From Parcubacteria group bacterium ADurb.Bin247 (GTDB lineage: Bacteria > Patescibacteriota > Minisyncoccia > Minisyncoccales > CSSED10-335), in assembly GCA_002069755.1 (NCBI GenBank), contig MWBX01000009.1:14514-78513 (forward strand): a stretch of 64,000 nt of DNA. The letters run 5' to 3'. The position numbers and the translations under genes were made by a program. Each line of letters begins with the position of its first letter. Position 1 is the stretch's first letter. This document shows, piece by piece, positions 48,540 to 58,389 of this stretch. The notes below the pieces were generated by a model, which saw nothing but the letters and a program-made list of their open reading frames with translations, did not search any database and had not been told where the DNA came from.

Positions 48540-49481
48540 TTATTTTAATACTACACCAATTAAATTATTATTACCTCTTAAATATTCTTCTGTTTTCATA
48601 GCTTTCTTGCCTTCTAGTTGAAACTCTTTTATTACCAAGAAATCTTTACCTGTTTGAACTACAATTGTTTCGTTTGAGCCAAGATAAACCTTGCCTGGAG
48701 TACCAAAGGGTCCATTTCTGGTTTGCTCTAAAACATCAGCATCTAAGACTTTAATAATTTTATCTTTTTGATAGGCATAAGCACCAGGCCAAGGGTTAAA
48801 AGCTCTAATCTGTCTTTCTATCTTTTCAGCAGGATCTTTCCAGTCTATTCGGCCATCAAATCTATTTAGTATTTTAGTATAAGTGGGAAAAGGTCCTTGT
48901 TTTTTTGGTTGAATCTTACCCGAAACCCAATTAGGTATAGTTTTTACTAATAAGTCTCCACCAATTAAAGCTAACTCACTAGATAATTCTTGGTAAGTTG
49001 TTTTGTTTTTTAAAGCAACCTCTTCCTGTTTTAATATATCTCCGCTATCCATTTCTTCTTCTACTAGCATTATTGTAACTCCGGTCTTTTTATCATTATT
49101 CAATATCGCATATTGTATTGGGGCGGGTCCACGATATTGAGGGAGTAGAGAGGGATGAACATTTATTGTTTTGTATTTTGGAATATCTAGAATATTCTTA
49201 GATATAATTTTACCATAACTAGCAATTACAATTAAATCAGGATTAACCTCTTTCATTTTGTCTTCTAATTCGGTCATTGTCTGAGGTTTAAATACATTAA
49301 TGTTGCTTTTACTGGCTACATTAGCCACAATAGATTGTTGTATCTTTTTGCCTCGACCAGCTGGTTTATCGGGGTTAGTAACAACTAAAAAAGGACTAAT
49401 ATCACTATTAATCATTTTTAAAAGGATAGTGGCTCCAAACTCTGGAGTTCCCATAAACACTATTTTTAAATCATTTACCAT
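48540..49481 (-). CDS. fmt: methionyl-tRNA formyltransferase
   Basis: IVFMGTPEFGATIL...VVTNPDKPAGRGKK and formyltransferase core SLLPQYRGPAPIQYAI. Confidence 0.9.
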   Translation of the reverse strand: MVNDLKIVFMGTPEFGATILLKMINSDISPFLVVTNPDKPAGRGKKIQQSIVANVASKSNINVFKPQTMTELEDKMKEVNPDLIVIASYGKIISKNILDIPKYKTINVHPSLLPQYRGPAPIQYAILNNDKKTGVTIMLVEEEMDSGDILKQEEVALKNKTTYQELSSELALIGGDLLVKTIPNWVSGKIQPKKQGPFPTYTKILNRFDGRIDWKDPAEKIERQIRAFNPWPGAYAYQKDKIIKVLDADVLEQTRNGPFGTPGKVYLGSNETIVVQTGKDFLVIKEFQLEGKKAMKTEEYLRGNNNLIGVVLK

Positions 49482-49516
49482 AAGATATTTTTACCTGAAA
49501 AAGAATAAAAAAGCAA

Positions 49517-50182
49517 CTATTCTTCCCTGTATTCTATCTTGTCCTCAGTGTCGGCAAACTCAAGCCAAGTATTAGTTTCGTCAACAACAAACCACTTCTT
49601 TTTTGCCTTAGACCAGACAAGGGGATTACCATTGTAATATGGTTTTTTAGCTAGCTTTTTTGGTTTAAGACGATCTAGCTCTAACCAACGTTTAAACACT
49701 GTTTCTATAGTATAATCTAATTTACGAGAATTTGCCCAAGCGGCTACCTTGTCTATAGCCTTATTGGCATCAACTACACTTCCAGAAAGTTCAATCAACT
49801 GCTTAGCAGGTTTAGTATATCTAGAATATACTATATCTCTTTTTTTAGAACTTGCTTTTAATTGACTAAGACTAATTCCTTTTGTTTTAAAATAATGAGT
49901 AACCACTTGCCTTATCTCTGTCTCTTCTTTTAATTCTTCTAAATATTTTATTTTTCCTTTTTTAAGATATTCTTCTATCTTTAAGGCAATGCTCTCGCCA
50001 ATACCTTTGATTTTAATAATTCCTTTTAAACCACTTTCTTCGTATATGGTACCAATATCGTCATTTAGACCTAAAACTGCCTCAGAAGCTTTTCTATAAG
50101 CTCTAATGCGATACAAATGACCACCCTTAATGTCTAAGAGATCTGCAATTTCATTTAATTTTTGAGAAACCTTTTTATTCAT
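49517..50182 (-). CDS. Pol-beta/PolX-like 8-kDa + HhH 'fingers' domain protein (no palm in this ORF)
   Basis: LYRIRAYRKASEAV and IKGIGESIALKIEEYLKKGKIKYLEEL match Pol beta YRAYRKAA / [27 protein letters not shown]. A second HhH-like segment (GISLSQL) follows. C-terminal 100 aa unassigned. Confidence 0.5.
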   Translation of the reverse strand: MNKKVSQKLNEIADLLDIKGGHLYRIRAYRKASEAVLGLNDDIGTIYEESGLKGIIKIKGIGESIALKIEEYLKKGKIKYLEELKEETEIRQVVTHYFKTKGISLSQLKASSKKRDIVYSRYTKPAKQLIELSGSVVDANKAIDKVAAWANSRKLDYTIETVFKRWLELDRLKPKKLAKKPYYNGNPLVWSKAKKKWFVVDETNTWLEFADTEDKIEYREE

Positions 50183-50483
50183 TTTCTAAAAAACTTTTAA
50201 TTCTCTCTACTTCTTGCTCTAGCACTGATCCGTCATAGTCGGCATTGTGTGCTCTAACACCAGCATATACTGTTTTTCTTTGATCAAGGTGAATATTTAG
50301 TATTGCATCTTTACCTTGGTCAAACCTCACTAAAGCATGAAATCGGGGATAGCCACCACTACCAAGAGAGCGAACAAAAGAAAACTCAGCATCATCATTA
50401 CCTCGACCCAAACAAGTATAACCAATTCTTTTCATTGAGCCAATAGCTTGTTCTTTTTCAAATCCTTTAATATGTATTTTCAT
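50175..50483 (-). CDS. minimal nucleotidyltransferase (Pol-beta palm-like) protein, compositionally atypical
   Basis: IGS-x13-DDAEFSFV fits the NTase hG[GS]x9-13Dh[DE]h motif, with a later acidic strand (ALVRFDQ). R/G/H-rich and GC-richer than the genome average. Overlaps the downstream gene start by 8 nt. Confidence 0.35.
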   Translation of the reverse strand: MKIHIKGFEKEQAIGSMKRIGYTCLGRGNDDAEFSFVRSLGSGGYPRFHALVRFDQGKDAILNIHLDQRKTVYAGVRAHNADYDGSVLEQEVERIKSFLENE

Positions 50484-50515
50484 AACACTTCTATTATACT
50501 ACATTTTGTGGTATT

Positions 50516-51802
50516 ATGCCATCAATGAAAAAGAAAATACATTTTATTGGCATCGGTGGTATTGGTATGTCTGCTTTGGCTAGATACTTTTTATCCGAAG
50601 ATGATGTTGTAACCGGTTCGGAATTAGTAAAATCAGAAATTACAGATGGATTAGAAAAAGCTGGTGTTTTGATTACAAAAAAAATTAAAGATGTAGATTT
50701 AGTAGTTTACTCTAATGCAATAAGAGACAATAACTCAGAACTTAAAAAAGCAAGGAAACTTGGCATAAAATGCATTACTTACCCTGAAGCATTGGGCGAG
50801 CTAACTAAAAAATACTTCACTATTGCAATATCTGGAACTCATGGTAAGAGCACTACCAGTGCCATGACTGCACTAATATTGATTAAAAATGGCTTAGACC
50901 CAACTGTAATAATTGGAACTAAGCTTAAAGAATTTAACGATTCTAATTTCAGAAAAGGAAAATCTAATTACCTTGTAATAGAAGCTGACGAATACAAAGA
51001 AGCTTTTCTAAACTATAACCCGGATATAATAGTTTTAACAAATATTGAAGCTGATCATCTAGATTATTACAAAAACATTGATAATATCTTAAATGCTTTT
51101 GAAAAGTATACTAAAAGATTATCAAAAGGTGGCACTATTATTGCAAACAAAGACGATTCAAATATTTTACGACTATTAAAGAACAAAAAATTCAAATCTT
51201 TTTCTTTAAAAAACAAAGATGCGAAAGAAGTTTCAAGTGTATTAAAAGTACCAGGAGAATACAATGTATCAAATGCTTTGGCCGCCCTAGAAGTTGCAAA
51301 AACTCTAAAGATTAAAAAACTAGATGCGATTAAGGCATTGTCCGAATATCATGGCTCTTGGCGAAGGTTTGAGATATTTAAAACAAAAGATTTAATAATC
51401 ATATCTGATTATGCTCATCACCCAACAGCATTTTTAAAAACACTAATAGCCACAAGAGAAAAATTTAAAAATAAAAAGATTACTTGTATATTCCAACCCC
51501 ACCAATACCACAGAACATATTCATTCTTTAATGAATTTGTAGATGTTTTTAGGGTTGCTCCAGTAGACCAGTTAATAATATCAAAGATATATGATGTGGC
51601 GGGGAGAGAGGATAAAAAAAGCAAAGCTAATGTTAATTCTGCTAAACTGGCAAAAGCAGTTAATAATCCAAGAGTTGTGAGTATGGAAAAATTTGAAGAT
51701 ATCAAAAAGTATGTATATGATAATTGTAAGAAGGGAGAAGTTGTTGTTGTTATGGGAGCAGGAGATATATATAATCTGTTTTCAGATTTGACAAAAAAGT
51801 AA
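50516..51802 (+). CDS. murC: UDP-N-acetylmuramate--L-alanine ligase
   Basis: MurC N-terminus IHFIGIGGIGMSALA, Mur ligase central GTHGKSTT and C-terminal domain. Confidence 0.85.
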   Translation: MPSMKKKIHFIGIGGIGMSALARYFLSEDDVVTGSELVKSEITDGLEKAGVLITKKIKDVDLVVYSNAIRDNNSELKKARKLGIKCITYPEALGELTKKYFTIAISGTHGKSTTSAMTALILIKNGLDPTVIIGTKLKEFNDSNFRKGKSNYLVIEADEYKEAFLNYNPDIIVLTNIEADHLDYYKNIDNILNAFEKYTKRLSKGGTIIANKDDSNILRLLKNKKFKSFSLKNKDAKEVSSVLKVPGEYNVSNALAALEVAKTLKIKKLDAIKALSEYHGSWRRFEIFKTKDLIIISDYAHHPTAFLKTLIATREKFKNKKITCIFQPHQYHRTYSFFNEFVDVFRVAPVDQLIISKIYDVAGREDKKSKANVNSAKLAKAVNNPRVVSMEKFEDIKKYVYDNCKKGEVVVVMGAGDIYNLFSDLTKK

Positions 51803-51847
51803 AAATATAAGATAATGGGGTCAGTATTATAAACCAATAAAAAAAAT

Positions 51848-52003
51848 ATGAAACTAAGCACAATTGTAGTTATATTAATAATCATTGCACTGGTAGCGGC
51901 ATTTTTCTACATTAAGAAAAAAGATGTCAAAGCGAAAAAGACCCTTCCTGATGATGGAGGATCTGAGGAAGACATTGAACCAGCAAATTATAAAGAAGAT
52001 TAA
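51848..52003 (+). CDS. small membrane protein (51 aa)
   Basis: MKLSTIVVILIIIALVAAFFYIKKK... followed by an acidic tail. Sits between murC and a strong terminator. Confidence 0.3.
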   Translation: MKLSTIVVILIIIALVAAFFYIKKKDVKAKKTLPDDGGSEEDIEPANYKED

Positions 52004-52014
52004 ATATTTTTAAG

Positions 52015-52042
52015 GAGCCACTCTTGTGTGGCTCTTTTTTTT
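52015..52042 (+). terminator. intrinsic terminator
   Basis: Stem gagccac / gtggctc (7 bp) with loop tcttgt, followed by T8. Confidence 0.6.
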
Positions 52043-52054
52043 ATATCAAAAACT

Positions 52055-53086
52055 ATGAACAAAAAAGATCCTGAGAAATTATTAGAAACTTTAGAAAGGT
52101 TAGGTAAAATCATTGATCCGACAATAAAAGAAATTTTAACATTAGAAATACCAGAAGAATTTCATGATTTAACGGTTCATCAAATAAATGCTGGGGGAAA
52201 AAGACTAAGACCAGCCTTTTTATTCACTTCATGCTATCTTTTAGGGGGAAAAACAAAAGATGCAATATATCCTGCTACAGGAGTAGAAATACTACACAAC
52301 TATACTTTAATTATTGATGATATTATAGATAATTCGTTAACAAGAAGAGGAAGGCCAACTGTATGGAAGAAATATGGAACATCTATGGCTGAATGTGCTG
52401 GCTCTTTTTATGCCTCATCAATATTTGAAGCCGCTCAAAGATCAAGACATCCATTAATTACTTCTCAAATATTCTCTAAAACACTAAAAACTATCATGGT
52501 TGGAGAAATTGATGATGTTTTGTGTGATCGTGGAGAAAAGAAAAACGAACCATTTGTAAAAGAAAACAAATATCCAAGTGTTGATAAAAAGGTATATCTC
52601 AATATGATTTACAAAAAAACTGCTAGTCTTTTTGAATCTTGCTGTGCTTTGGGAGGAATATGTGCTAATGGAAAAAAAGAAGACATCAAATTGTTAAAAG
52701 AGTTTGGACTTAATTTAGGTCTAGCATTTCAAATTCAAGATGACATATTAGATATATTCGGAGACCCTAAAAAGTTTGGTAAGAAAATCGGAAAAGACAT
52801 ACAAGAAAGAAAGGGAGGAAACATTGTAATTCTCTATGCCCTAGAAGAACTAAATCAAAAAGATAAAAAAGAATTCTTAAATATTATTAATAAGCCAAAA
52901 ATATTTAATAGAGACATTGAAAGGGGGATTGAGCTAATTAAAAAAACAGATGCCAAAGCAAAAGCAGAAAAGCTTGGCAACTACTATAATCAAAAATCTA
53001 AAAAGGCCCTGAAAAAATTACCTCAAAACGAATGGAACCAAATAATGGAATTTCTTTCTGATTTTACAATGCAAAGAAATAAATAG
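52055..53086 (+). CDS. trans-polyprenyl diphosphate synthase (IdsA/GGPP-synthase-like)
   Basis: First DDxxD (LIIDDIIDN) and second (FQIQDDILD) aspartate-rich motifs. The ATG at 52055 is chosen because the tool's 52028 start lies inside the terminator hairpin. Confidence 0.8.
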   Translation: MNKKDPEKLLETLERLGKIIDPTIKEILTLEIPEEFHDLTVHQINAGGKRLRPAFLFTSCYLLGGKTKDAIYPATGVEILHNYTLIIDDIIDNSLTRRGRPTVWKKYGTSMAECAGSFYASSIFEAAQRSRHPLITSQIFSKTLKTIMVGEIDDVLCDRGEKKNEPFVKENKYPSVDKKVYLNMIYKKTASLFESCCALGGICANGKKEDIKLLKEFGLNLGLAFQIQDDILDIFGDPKKFGKKIGKDIQERKGGNIVILYALEELNQKDKKEFLNIINKPKIFNRDIERGIELIKKTDAKAKAEKLGNYYNQKSKKALKKLPQNEWNQIMEFLSDFTMQRNK

Positions 53087-53121
53087 TTGATTTCATACGA
53101 AAGATATGTTAGATTGGCATT

Positions 53122-54381
53122 ATGCAATACAAAATAAACGATAAACCAAAATCAAAAAAAGAAATAGAAGTAACTATATCTCCAAAAGCAATGGAGAACT
53201 GCATGATAAGAGCAGCAGAGAAGCTTTGTAGCGAAAGTCCAATTAAAGGATTTCGTCCAGGCAAAGCTCCTTTTAATATTGTCAAAAAAACATTTGGAGA
53301 CACAAAACTATGGAATGAAGGTTGCTACGATGCAATCAACAAGAGCTATTTTAAAATAATAGAAAAAGAGGGGATTGAAGTCATATCTCCACCACAAGTA
53401 GAAATAGTTAAAATGGTAGTTAACGAGCCATTAGAGTATAAGGCTACTGTTGAGTTCCTTCCAGAAATACAGTTGCCTGATTACAAGAAAATAGCTAAAG
53501 ATATATTAAAAGATAAAAAAGAAGTTAAGGTGAGTGCCAAAGAAGTAGAAAATACTCTTAAAAGTATACAAAAATCAAGAGCCAAAACAGTAAGAGTTAC
53601 AAGAAAATCTAAAAAAGGAGACGAGGTTGTAATAAACTTTCAAGGTAAAATAGATGGAGTAGCCCAAGAAAGTCTAAAAGCTGAAGCTTTTCCTATTATT
53701 ATAGGAGAAACTCAGTTTATAGACGGTTTTGAAGAAGAAATCACCGATGTTAAAGAGGGTGAAAAGAAAATATTTAGCGTTGAAATGCCTATTACCGAAA
53801 ACGAAAAGAAAAGAGTTGAATTTGAGGTTGATATAATATCGGTTAACGAAAAAGAGTTGCCCAAGATAGACGATGATTTTGCTAAATCTTTAGGAGAATT
53901 TAAGGATGCCAAAGATTTAAAAATCAAAATAGAAGAAAATATTAAGCTTGAAAAAGAAAACAAAGAACAAGAATCTATTAGAATTAAAATAATTGAAGAA
54001 ATCGGCAACAAGTCTAATGTTGATTTACCCGAAATACTAATAGAAAAAGAGACAGAATATATGCTTCAAGAGTTTAAAGCACAAATCACACAATCAGGTG
54101 GTTCATTTGAAGATTATCTTAAAAGAATAAATAAAAAAGAAGAAGATATTAAAAAAGAGTGGACTCCTCAAGCAAAAAAAAGAATCATGGTCTCTTTGGT
54201 ATTACAGAAAATAGGGGAATTAGAAAAAATAAAAATAAATCCAGAAGAAATAGAAACAGAGCTCAATCTATACTTAAGCCGATTTGGAAATGAACTAAAA
54301 GACACAGAAATAGATAATATAAAAATTCATATTTCTAATATGCTTAAGAACAGAAAAGTATTTGAGATTCTTGAAAAATAA
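53122..54381 (+). CDS. tig: trigger factor
   Basis: Ribosome-binding N-domain (GFRPGKAP signature), central PPIase-like domain and C-terminal chaperone arm. 419 aa. Confidence 0.8.
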   Translation: MQYKINDKPKSKKEIEVTISPKAMENCMIRAAEKLCSESPIKGFRPGKAPFNIVKKTFGDTKLWNEGCYDAINKSYFKIIEKEGIEVISPPQVEIVKMVVNEPLEYKATVEFLPEIQLPDYKKIAKDILKDKKEVKVSAKEVENTLKSIQKSRAKTVRVTRKSKKGDEVVINFQGKIDGVAQESLKAEAFPIIIGETQFIDGFEEEITDVKEGEKKIFSVEMPITENEKKRVEFEVDIISVNEKELPKIDDDFAKSLGEFKDAKDLKIKIEENIKLEKENKEQESIRIKIIEEIGNKSNVDLPEILIEKETEYMLQEFKAQITQSGGSFEDYLKRINKKEEDIKKEWTPQAKKRIMVSLVLQKIGELEKIKINPEEIETELNLYLSRFGNELKDTEIDNIKIHISNMLKNRKVFEILEK

Positions 54382-54382
54382 A

Positions 54383-56113
54383 TTACTTGATCTGAGATTG
54401 AATATTTTTAATAAAGTCCTCCTTAGATATTTTGTAAGTATTTTTACTTCCTCTCTCTCTAACATTTAATAATCCAGACTCCATTTCCTTGTCTCCTATA
54501 ACTAAAATATAGGGGACTTTTTCATTAACTGCCTTTCTTATCTTATTCCCTACAGTTTCACTGGCATCATCAACCTGAGGCCTAAAATCCATTTGTAAGA
54601 ACTCTTCTGACAATTTGTAACAATAGTCAATGTGATTGTCTGAGACGGATATAATTTTAATTTGAATAGGAGATAACCAAAAAGGAAAGGCTCCAGCATA
54701 ATGTTCAATTAAAATTGTGCAGAAACGCTCTAGAGAACCAAATATTGTGCGATGAATCATTATTGGAGTATGATCTTTTCCATCTTGACCAATATATGTC
54801 ATATTAAACTTAGATGGTAAATTCATATCTAGCTGAATTGTTGGACATTGCCACTCTCTACCAATAGCATCAAATATCTTAATATCTAGGGCTGGGCCAT
54901 AAAACTTAGCTCCGCCTTCTTCTAATTCGTACTCAATTCCTTTTTCAACTAATATTTCTTTAATAGTTGCCTCGGCAATATCCCAAACATCAGAATCACC
55001 AACATACTGGTCAAGATTTTTAGGATCCCTAGCAGCTAAATAATATTTAAACTTAGTAAAACCAAAATTAGAAAATACATTTAGAGTTAATTCTACCACT
55101 TTTCTATACTCGTCTTTGAACTGCTCTTTAGTACATATTATGTGAGCATCATCTTGAGTAAAACCCCTGGGTCTTGCAAGACCATGAAGCTCACCAGATT
55201 TCTCGTAACGATAGCAAGTACCTAACTCGTTCCACCTTATTGGCAAATCACGATAACTTCTTCTTCTAGATTTATATATTTCAACATGAAAAGGACAACT
55301 CATTGGCTTTACATAATATTCATCTTTTGTTTCTTTATCAGAAAATGGAGGAAACATAGAATCTTTAAAATATCCTAAATGACCCGATTCTTGCCAAAGC
55401 AAAGAACGACCAATATGTGGCGTATAGACATAATGATATCCATTTTGACGATGAACTTTTCTCCACCATGTTTCTAAAACTTCTCTTGTTTTAGAAAGAT
55501 TAGGATGCCAGAGTATAAGTCCCTGACCAACTTTATCACTAATACTAAATAAATCAAATTCTTTAGCTAATCTACGATGATCTCGAAGCTCGGCTTCTTT
55601 TAGAAGCTCAGTATATTCGTTTAAATCTTTTTCGGTTTCAAAAGCTAGAGCATATATTCTAGTAAGCATCTTGTTATTCTCATCTCCTCGCCAATATGCT
55701 CCAGCGATCTTGTTAAGTTTAAACGCTTTTACCTCACTCGAAGATTTAATATGCGGTCCTCGACATAAGTCTTCAAAATCTCCTGTTTTAAAATATGTAA
55801 CCTTTTGTGTTCCTTCAGATTTTAAATCTTCTAATAGCTCTACTTTGTAAATCTCACCTCTTTGTTTTTCTTTATCTATTGCCTTCAAGATATCTTCTTC
55901 ATACTTTTCAAATGGCAAATCTTGAGCAATAATACTCTTCATTTTCTTTTCAATCTTTGCAAAATCATTTTCATTAATAACAGTATCTCCAAAATCAAAG
56001 TCGTAGTAAAAACCATTGTCAATTGCTGGTCCGATAGCAAGCTTAACATTGGGCCAGATATCTTTTACTGCTGCTGCCATAATATGAGCGGCTGAGTGTC
56101 TTAATGTTTCCAT
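54383..56113 (-). CDS. thrS: threonyl-tRNA synthetase (no N-terminal TGS/editing extension)
   Basis: METLRHSAAHIMAAAV start, class II core motifs and anticodon-binding domain. 576 aa. Confidence 0.9.
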   Translation of the reverse strand: METLRHSAAHIMAAAVKDIWPNVKLAIGPAIDNGFYYDFDFGDTVINENDFAKIEKKMKSIIAQDLPFEKYEEDILKAIDKEKQRGEIYKVELLEDLKSEGTQKVTYFKTGDFEDLCRGPHIKSSSEVKAFKLNKIAGAYWRGDENNKMLTRIYALAFETEKDLNEYTELLKEAELRDHRRLAKEFDLFSISDKVGQGLILWHPNLSKTREVLETWWRKVHRQNGYHYVYTPHIGRSLLWQESGHLGYFKDSMFPPFSDKETKDEYYVKPMSCPFHVEIYKSRRRSYRDLPIRWNELGTCYRYEKSGELHGLARPRGFTQDDAHIICTKEQFKDEYRKVVELTLNVFSNFGFTKFKYYLAARDPKNLDQYVGDSDVWDIAEATIKEILVEKGIEYELEEGGAKFYGPALDIKIFDAIGREWQCPTIQLDMNLPSKFNMTYIGQDGKDHTPIMIHRTIFGSLERFCTILIEHYAGAFPFWLSPIQIKIISVSDNHIDYCYKLSEEFLQMDFRPQVDDASETVGNKIRKAVNEKVPYILVIGDKEMESGLLNVRERGSKNTYKISKEDFIKNIQSQIK

Positions 56114-56118
56114 ATTTT

Positions 56119-56973
56119 TTAAATTAGTTTAAAGTTATTAAATATATTGATAATTCCATCTTGATCCACGTCACCACCTATAAAATTATTCTTGTCTTTA
56201 TCAGATAAAACCAAATCTTTCAATTCTTTTTGACCATTTTGTAGTGTTGCTCGATAATCACACAACTCAATAAAAGACCAATCACCAAGACTATCTCCAA
56301 TACCAAGAGATTCACTAAAAGATACTCCGTAATAATTTGCCACTTTCTCACAAGCAGTTCTCTTAGAAACACTTTTCTTAGTAATTATAACAAATAGGGT
56401 ATTGGGAAGTATTGGATGAGTAGATGCCTCGTAATTAATATCACTAGACAATGATTTAAAATGGTTTAATATCTCTTCGGTATTGTCTACTTTTTCATAA
56501 GCCACAATTATTTTTACAATATCTTCCTTTTTCGACACCAAAGCCAAATCATCAACTAACACCGCACTTTGCTGATGATCATATTGTGCTTTTTGAGTAA
56601 TTTCAAAGCTTTGCTTTTTATCAAAAAAATAGTTGTCTTTAGAATAAAGACAGATATACTTCTTTTTTCCAAAACACTTATTAGATAATTCTTTAACAAT
56701 ATTTGAATCTATACTCTGAATATCTAATATCTTTCCATTAAGGTCTGCTATAACAGCACCACCATCGGCAATATGCATACCCGGAAGGTCTAGATTAGAT
56801 AATATCTTTTTAGTAGAAAACAATGGTTTGGCGGTACAAAGAGTAATGCCAACGCCACTTTCTTTGATACTTTTGATAGCCGAAGAAACGCTAGAGCTAG
56901 GAAAAGGAAAGTTCCTGTTCAAAATACCTCCTGTTATTACACCATCAATATCTGAAAATATGTGTTTGATCAT
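56119..56973 (-). CDS. HAD-superfamily hydrolase (Cof/IIB-like)
   Basis: N-terminal DxD (IFSDIDGVITGG) and C-terminal GIGDSLGD motifs. Internal ATG at 56973 chosen. A -10 TATTAT lies about 9 nt upstream. Confidence 0.65.
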   Translation of the reverse strand: MIKHIFSDIDGVITGGILNRNFPFPSSSVSSAIKSIKESGVGITLCTAKPLFSTKKILSNLDLPGMHIADGGAVIADLNGKILDIQSIDSNIVKELSNKCFGKKKYICLYSKDNYFFDKKQSFEITQKAQYDHQQSAVLVDDLALVSKKEDIVKIIVAYEKVDNTEEILNHFKSLSSDINYEASTHPILPNTLFVIITKKSVSKRTACEKVANYYGVSFSESLGIGDSLGDWSFIELCDYRATLQNGQKELKDLVLSDKDKNNFIGGDVDQDGIINIFNNFKLI

Positions 56974-57013
56974 AATGCAGATATAATACACTATTTTACT
57001 TAATTTTACTAGT

Positions 57014-57036
57014 TGACAAAACAATATATCTTGTCA
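57014..57036. promoter_or_regulatory. perfect inverted repeat TGACAA-N11-TTGTCA in divergent HAD/tyrS intergenic region
   Basis: tgacaaaacaatatatcttgtca. Candidate operator. Confidence 0.3.
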
Positions 57037-57196
57037 TAGTTGGAATAAAGGGTACAGAAATGAAAAAGGTTAATGTAGTTAGAAGTGATTTTCTTCATAT
57101 TACAACCGCGTTACAATAAAAAAGAAATGCATTGTATTTACCCCATTATTTTTATAACACCTAGTTTAAAAAATAAATTTGTGATAATATGCAATT

Positions 57197-58357
57197 ATGA
57201 AAAATGAAAAAGTCAAAGAGTTATTAACTAGGGGAGTTGACGAAATAATTGATAAAGCTAGCCTAGAAAAAAAACTAAAAAGTGGCAAGCCACTTAGAAT
57301 TAAGTTTGGTACCGACCCAACAAGTCCCAACATACACTTGGGTAGAACTATACCAATATTAAAATTAAGAGACTTTCAAGAATTGGGTCACAAAATTATA
57401 TTTATTGTCGGAGACTTTACTGGGTTAATTGGAGATACTTCAGACAAAGAAAGTGAACGACCAATGTTATCTGAACAAACAGTTAAAGAAAACCTAAAAA
57501 CATACATCAAACAAGCTGGGAAAATAATTGATATTGATAAAGCCGAAATACACTATAACAGCAAATGGCTCGGCAAGTTAAAATATATGGATATTGGCCG
57601 CCAAGCAAACTCGTTCTCTTTAAACGAATTCATTTCTCGAGAAAATATCAAACGAAGACTAGACAAAGGTAAGAGAGTTTCTCTAAGAGAGCTATTATAC
57701 CCACTAATGCAAGGATACGACTCAGTAGAAGTAAAAGCCGATGTTGAAATTGGAGGCACTGACCAACGCTTTAACTTGTTGGCTGGAAGAGATCTTCAAA
57801 GACTCTACGGTCAAGAACCTCAAGATATTATTACAAATCCTTTAATTGAAGGGCTAGATGGAAGAAAAATGAGCTCTAGCTTTAGAAATACTGTTAATCT
57901 ATTTGATACACCTAATGATATGTTTGGAAAAATAATGTCTTTGCAAGATAGTTTAATTATTAAATACTTTATACTCCTCACACGAATAGACTTAAAAGCA
58001 ATTAAAAAATACGAAAACTCAATTACTAATCCTCGTGATTTAAAAATGAAATTAGCTTTTGAAATTACTAAAATGTATCATTCAAAAAAAGATGCTGAAT
58101 TGGCCCAAGATTATTTTATTAAAACATTTTCTAAAAAAGAAATACCTAGTGAGGTTGAAAAGTTCAAACCCAGCAAATACGACATTGTATCCATATTAAT
58201 TGAATCTGGCCTAGTTCCTTCTAAATCAGAGGCTAGAAGAACAATTATTCAAGGAGGAGTAAAAGTTGATGGGATAGTTGTAAAAGATGTTTCTTGCAGT
58301 GTAGCTCGCAATTCAATTATTCAAAAGGGCAAAATTAAATTTATTAAAATAGTCTAG
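57197..58357 (+). CDS. tyrS: tyrosyl-tRNA synthetase (bacterial type with S4 domain)
   Basis: HIGH-like (PNIHLGR), KMSSS, and C-terminal S4 domain (SKSEARRTIIQGGVKVDG). Confidence 0.9.
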   Translation: MKNEKVKELLTRGVDEIIDKASLEKKLKSGKPLRIKFGTDPTSPNIHLGRTIPILKLRDFQELGHKIIFIVGDFTGLIGDTSDKESERPMLSEQTVKENLKTYIKQAGKIIDIDKAEIHYNSKWLGKLKYMDIGRQANSFSLNEFISRENIKRRLDKGKRVSLRELLYPLMQGYDSVEVKADVEIGGTDQRFNLLAGRDLQRLYGQEPQDIITNPLIEGLDGRKMSSSFRNTVNLFDTPNDMFGKIMSLQDSLIIKYFILLTRIDLKAIKKYENSITNPRDLKMKLAFEITKMYHSKKDAELAQDYFIKTFSKKEIPSEVEKFKPSKYDIVSILIESGLVPSKSEARRTIIQGGVKVDGIVVKDVSCSVARNSIIQKGKIKFIKIV

Positions 58358-58389
58358 CTTTTAAACAATATTTATTATATAATATCGGT

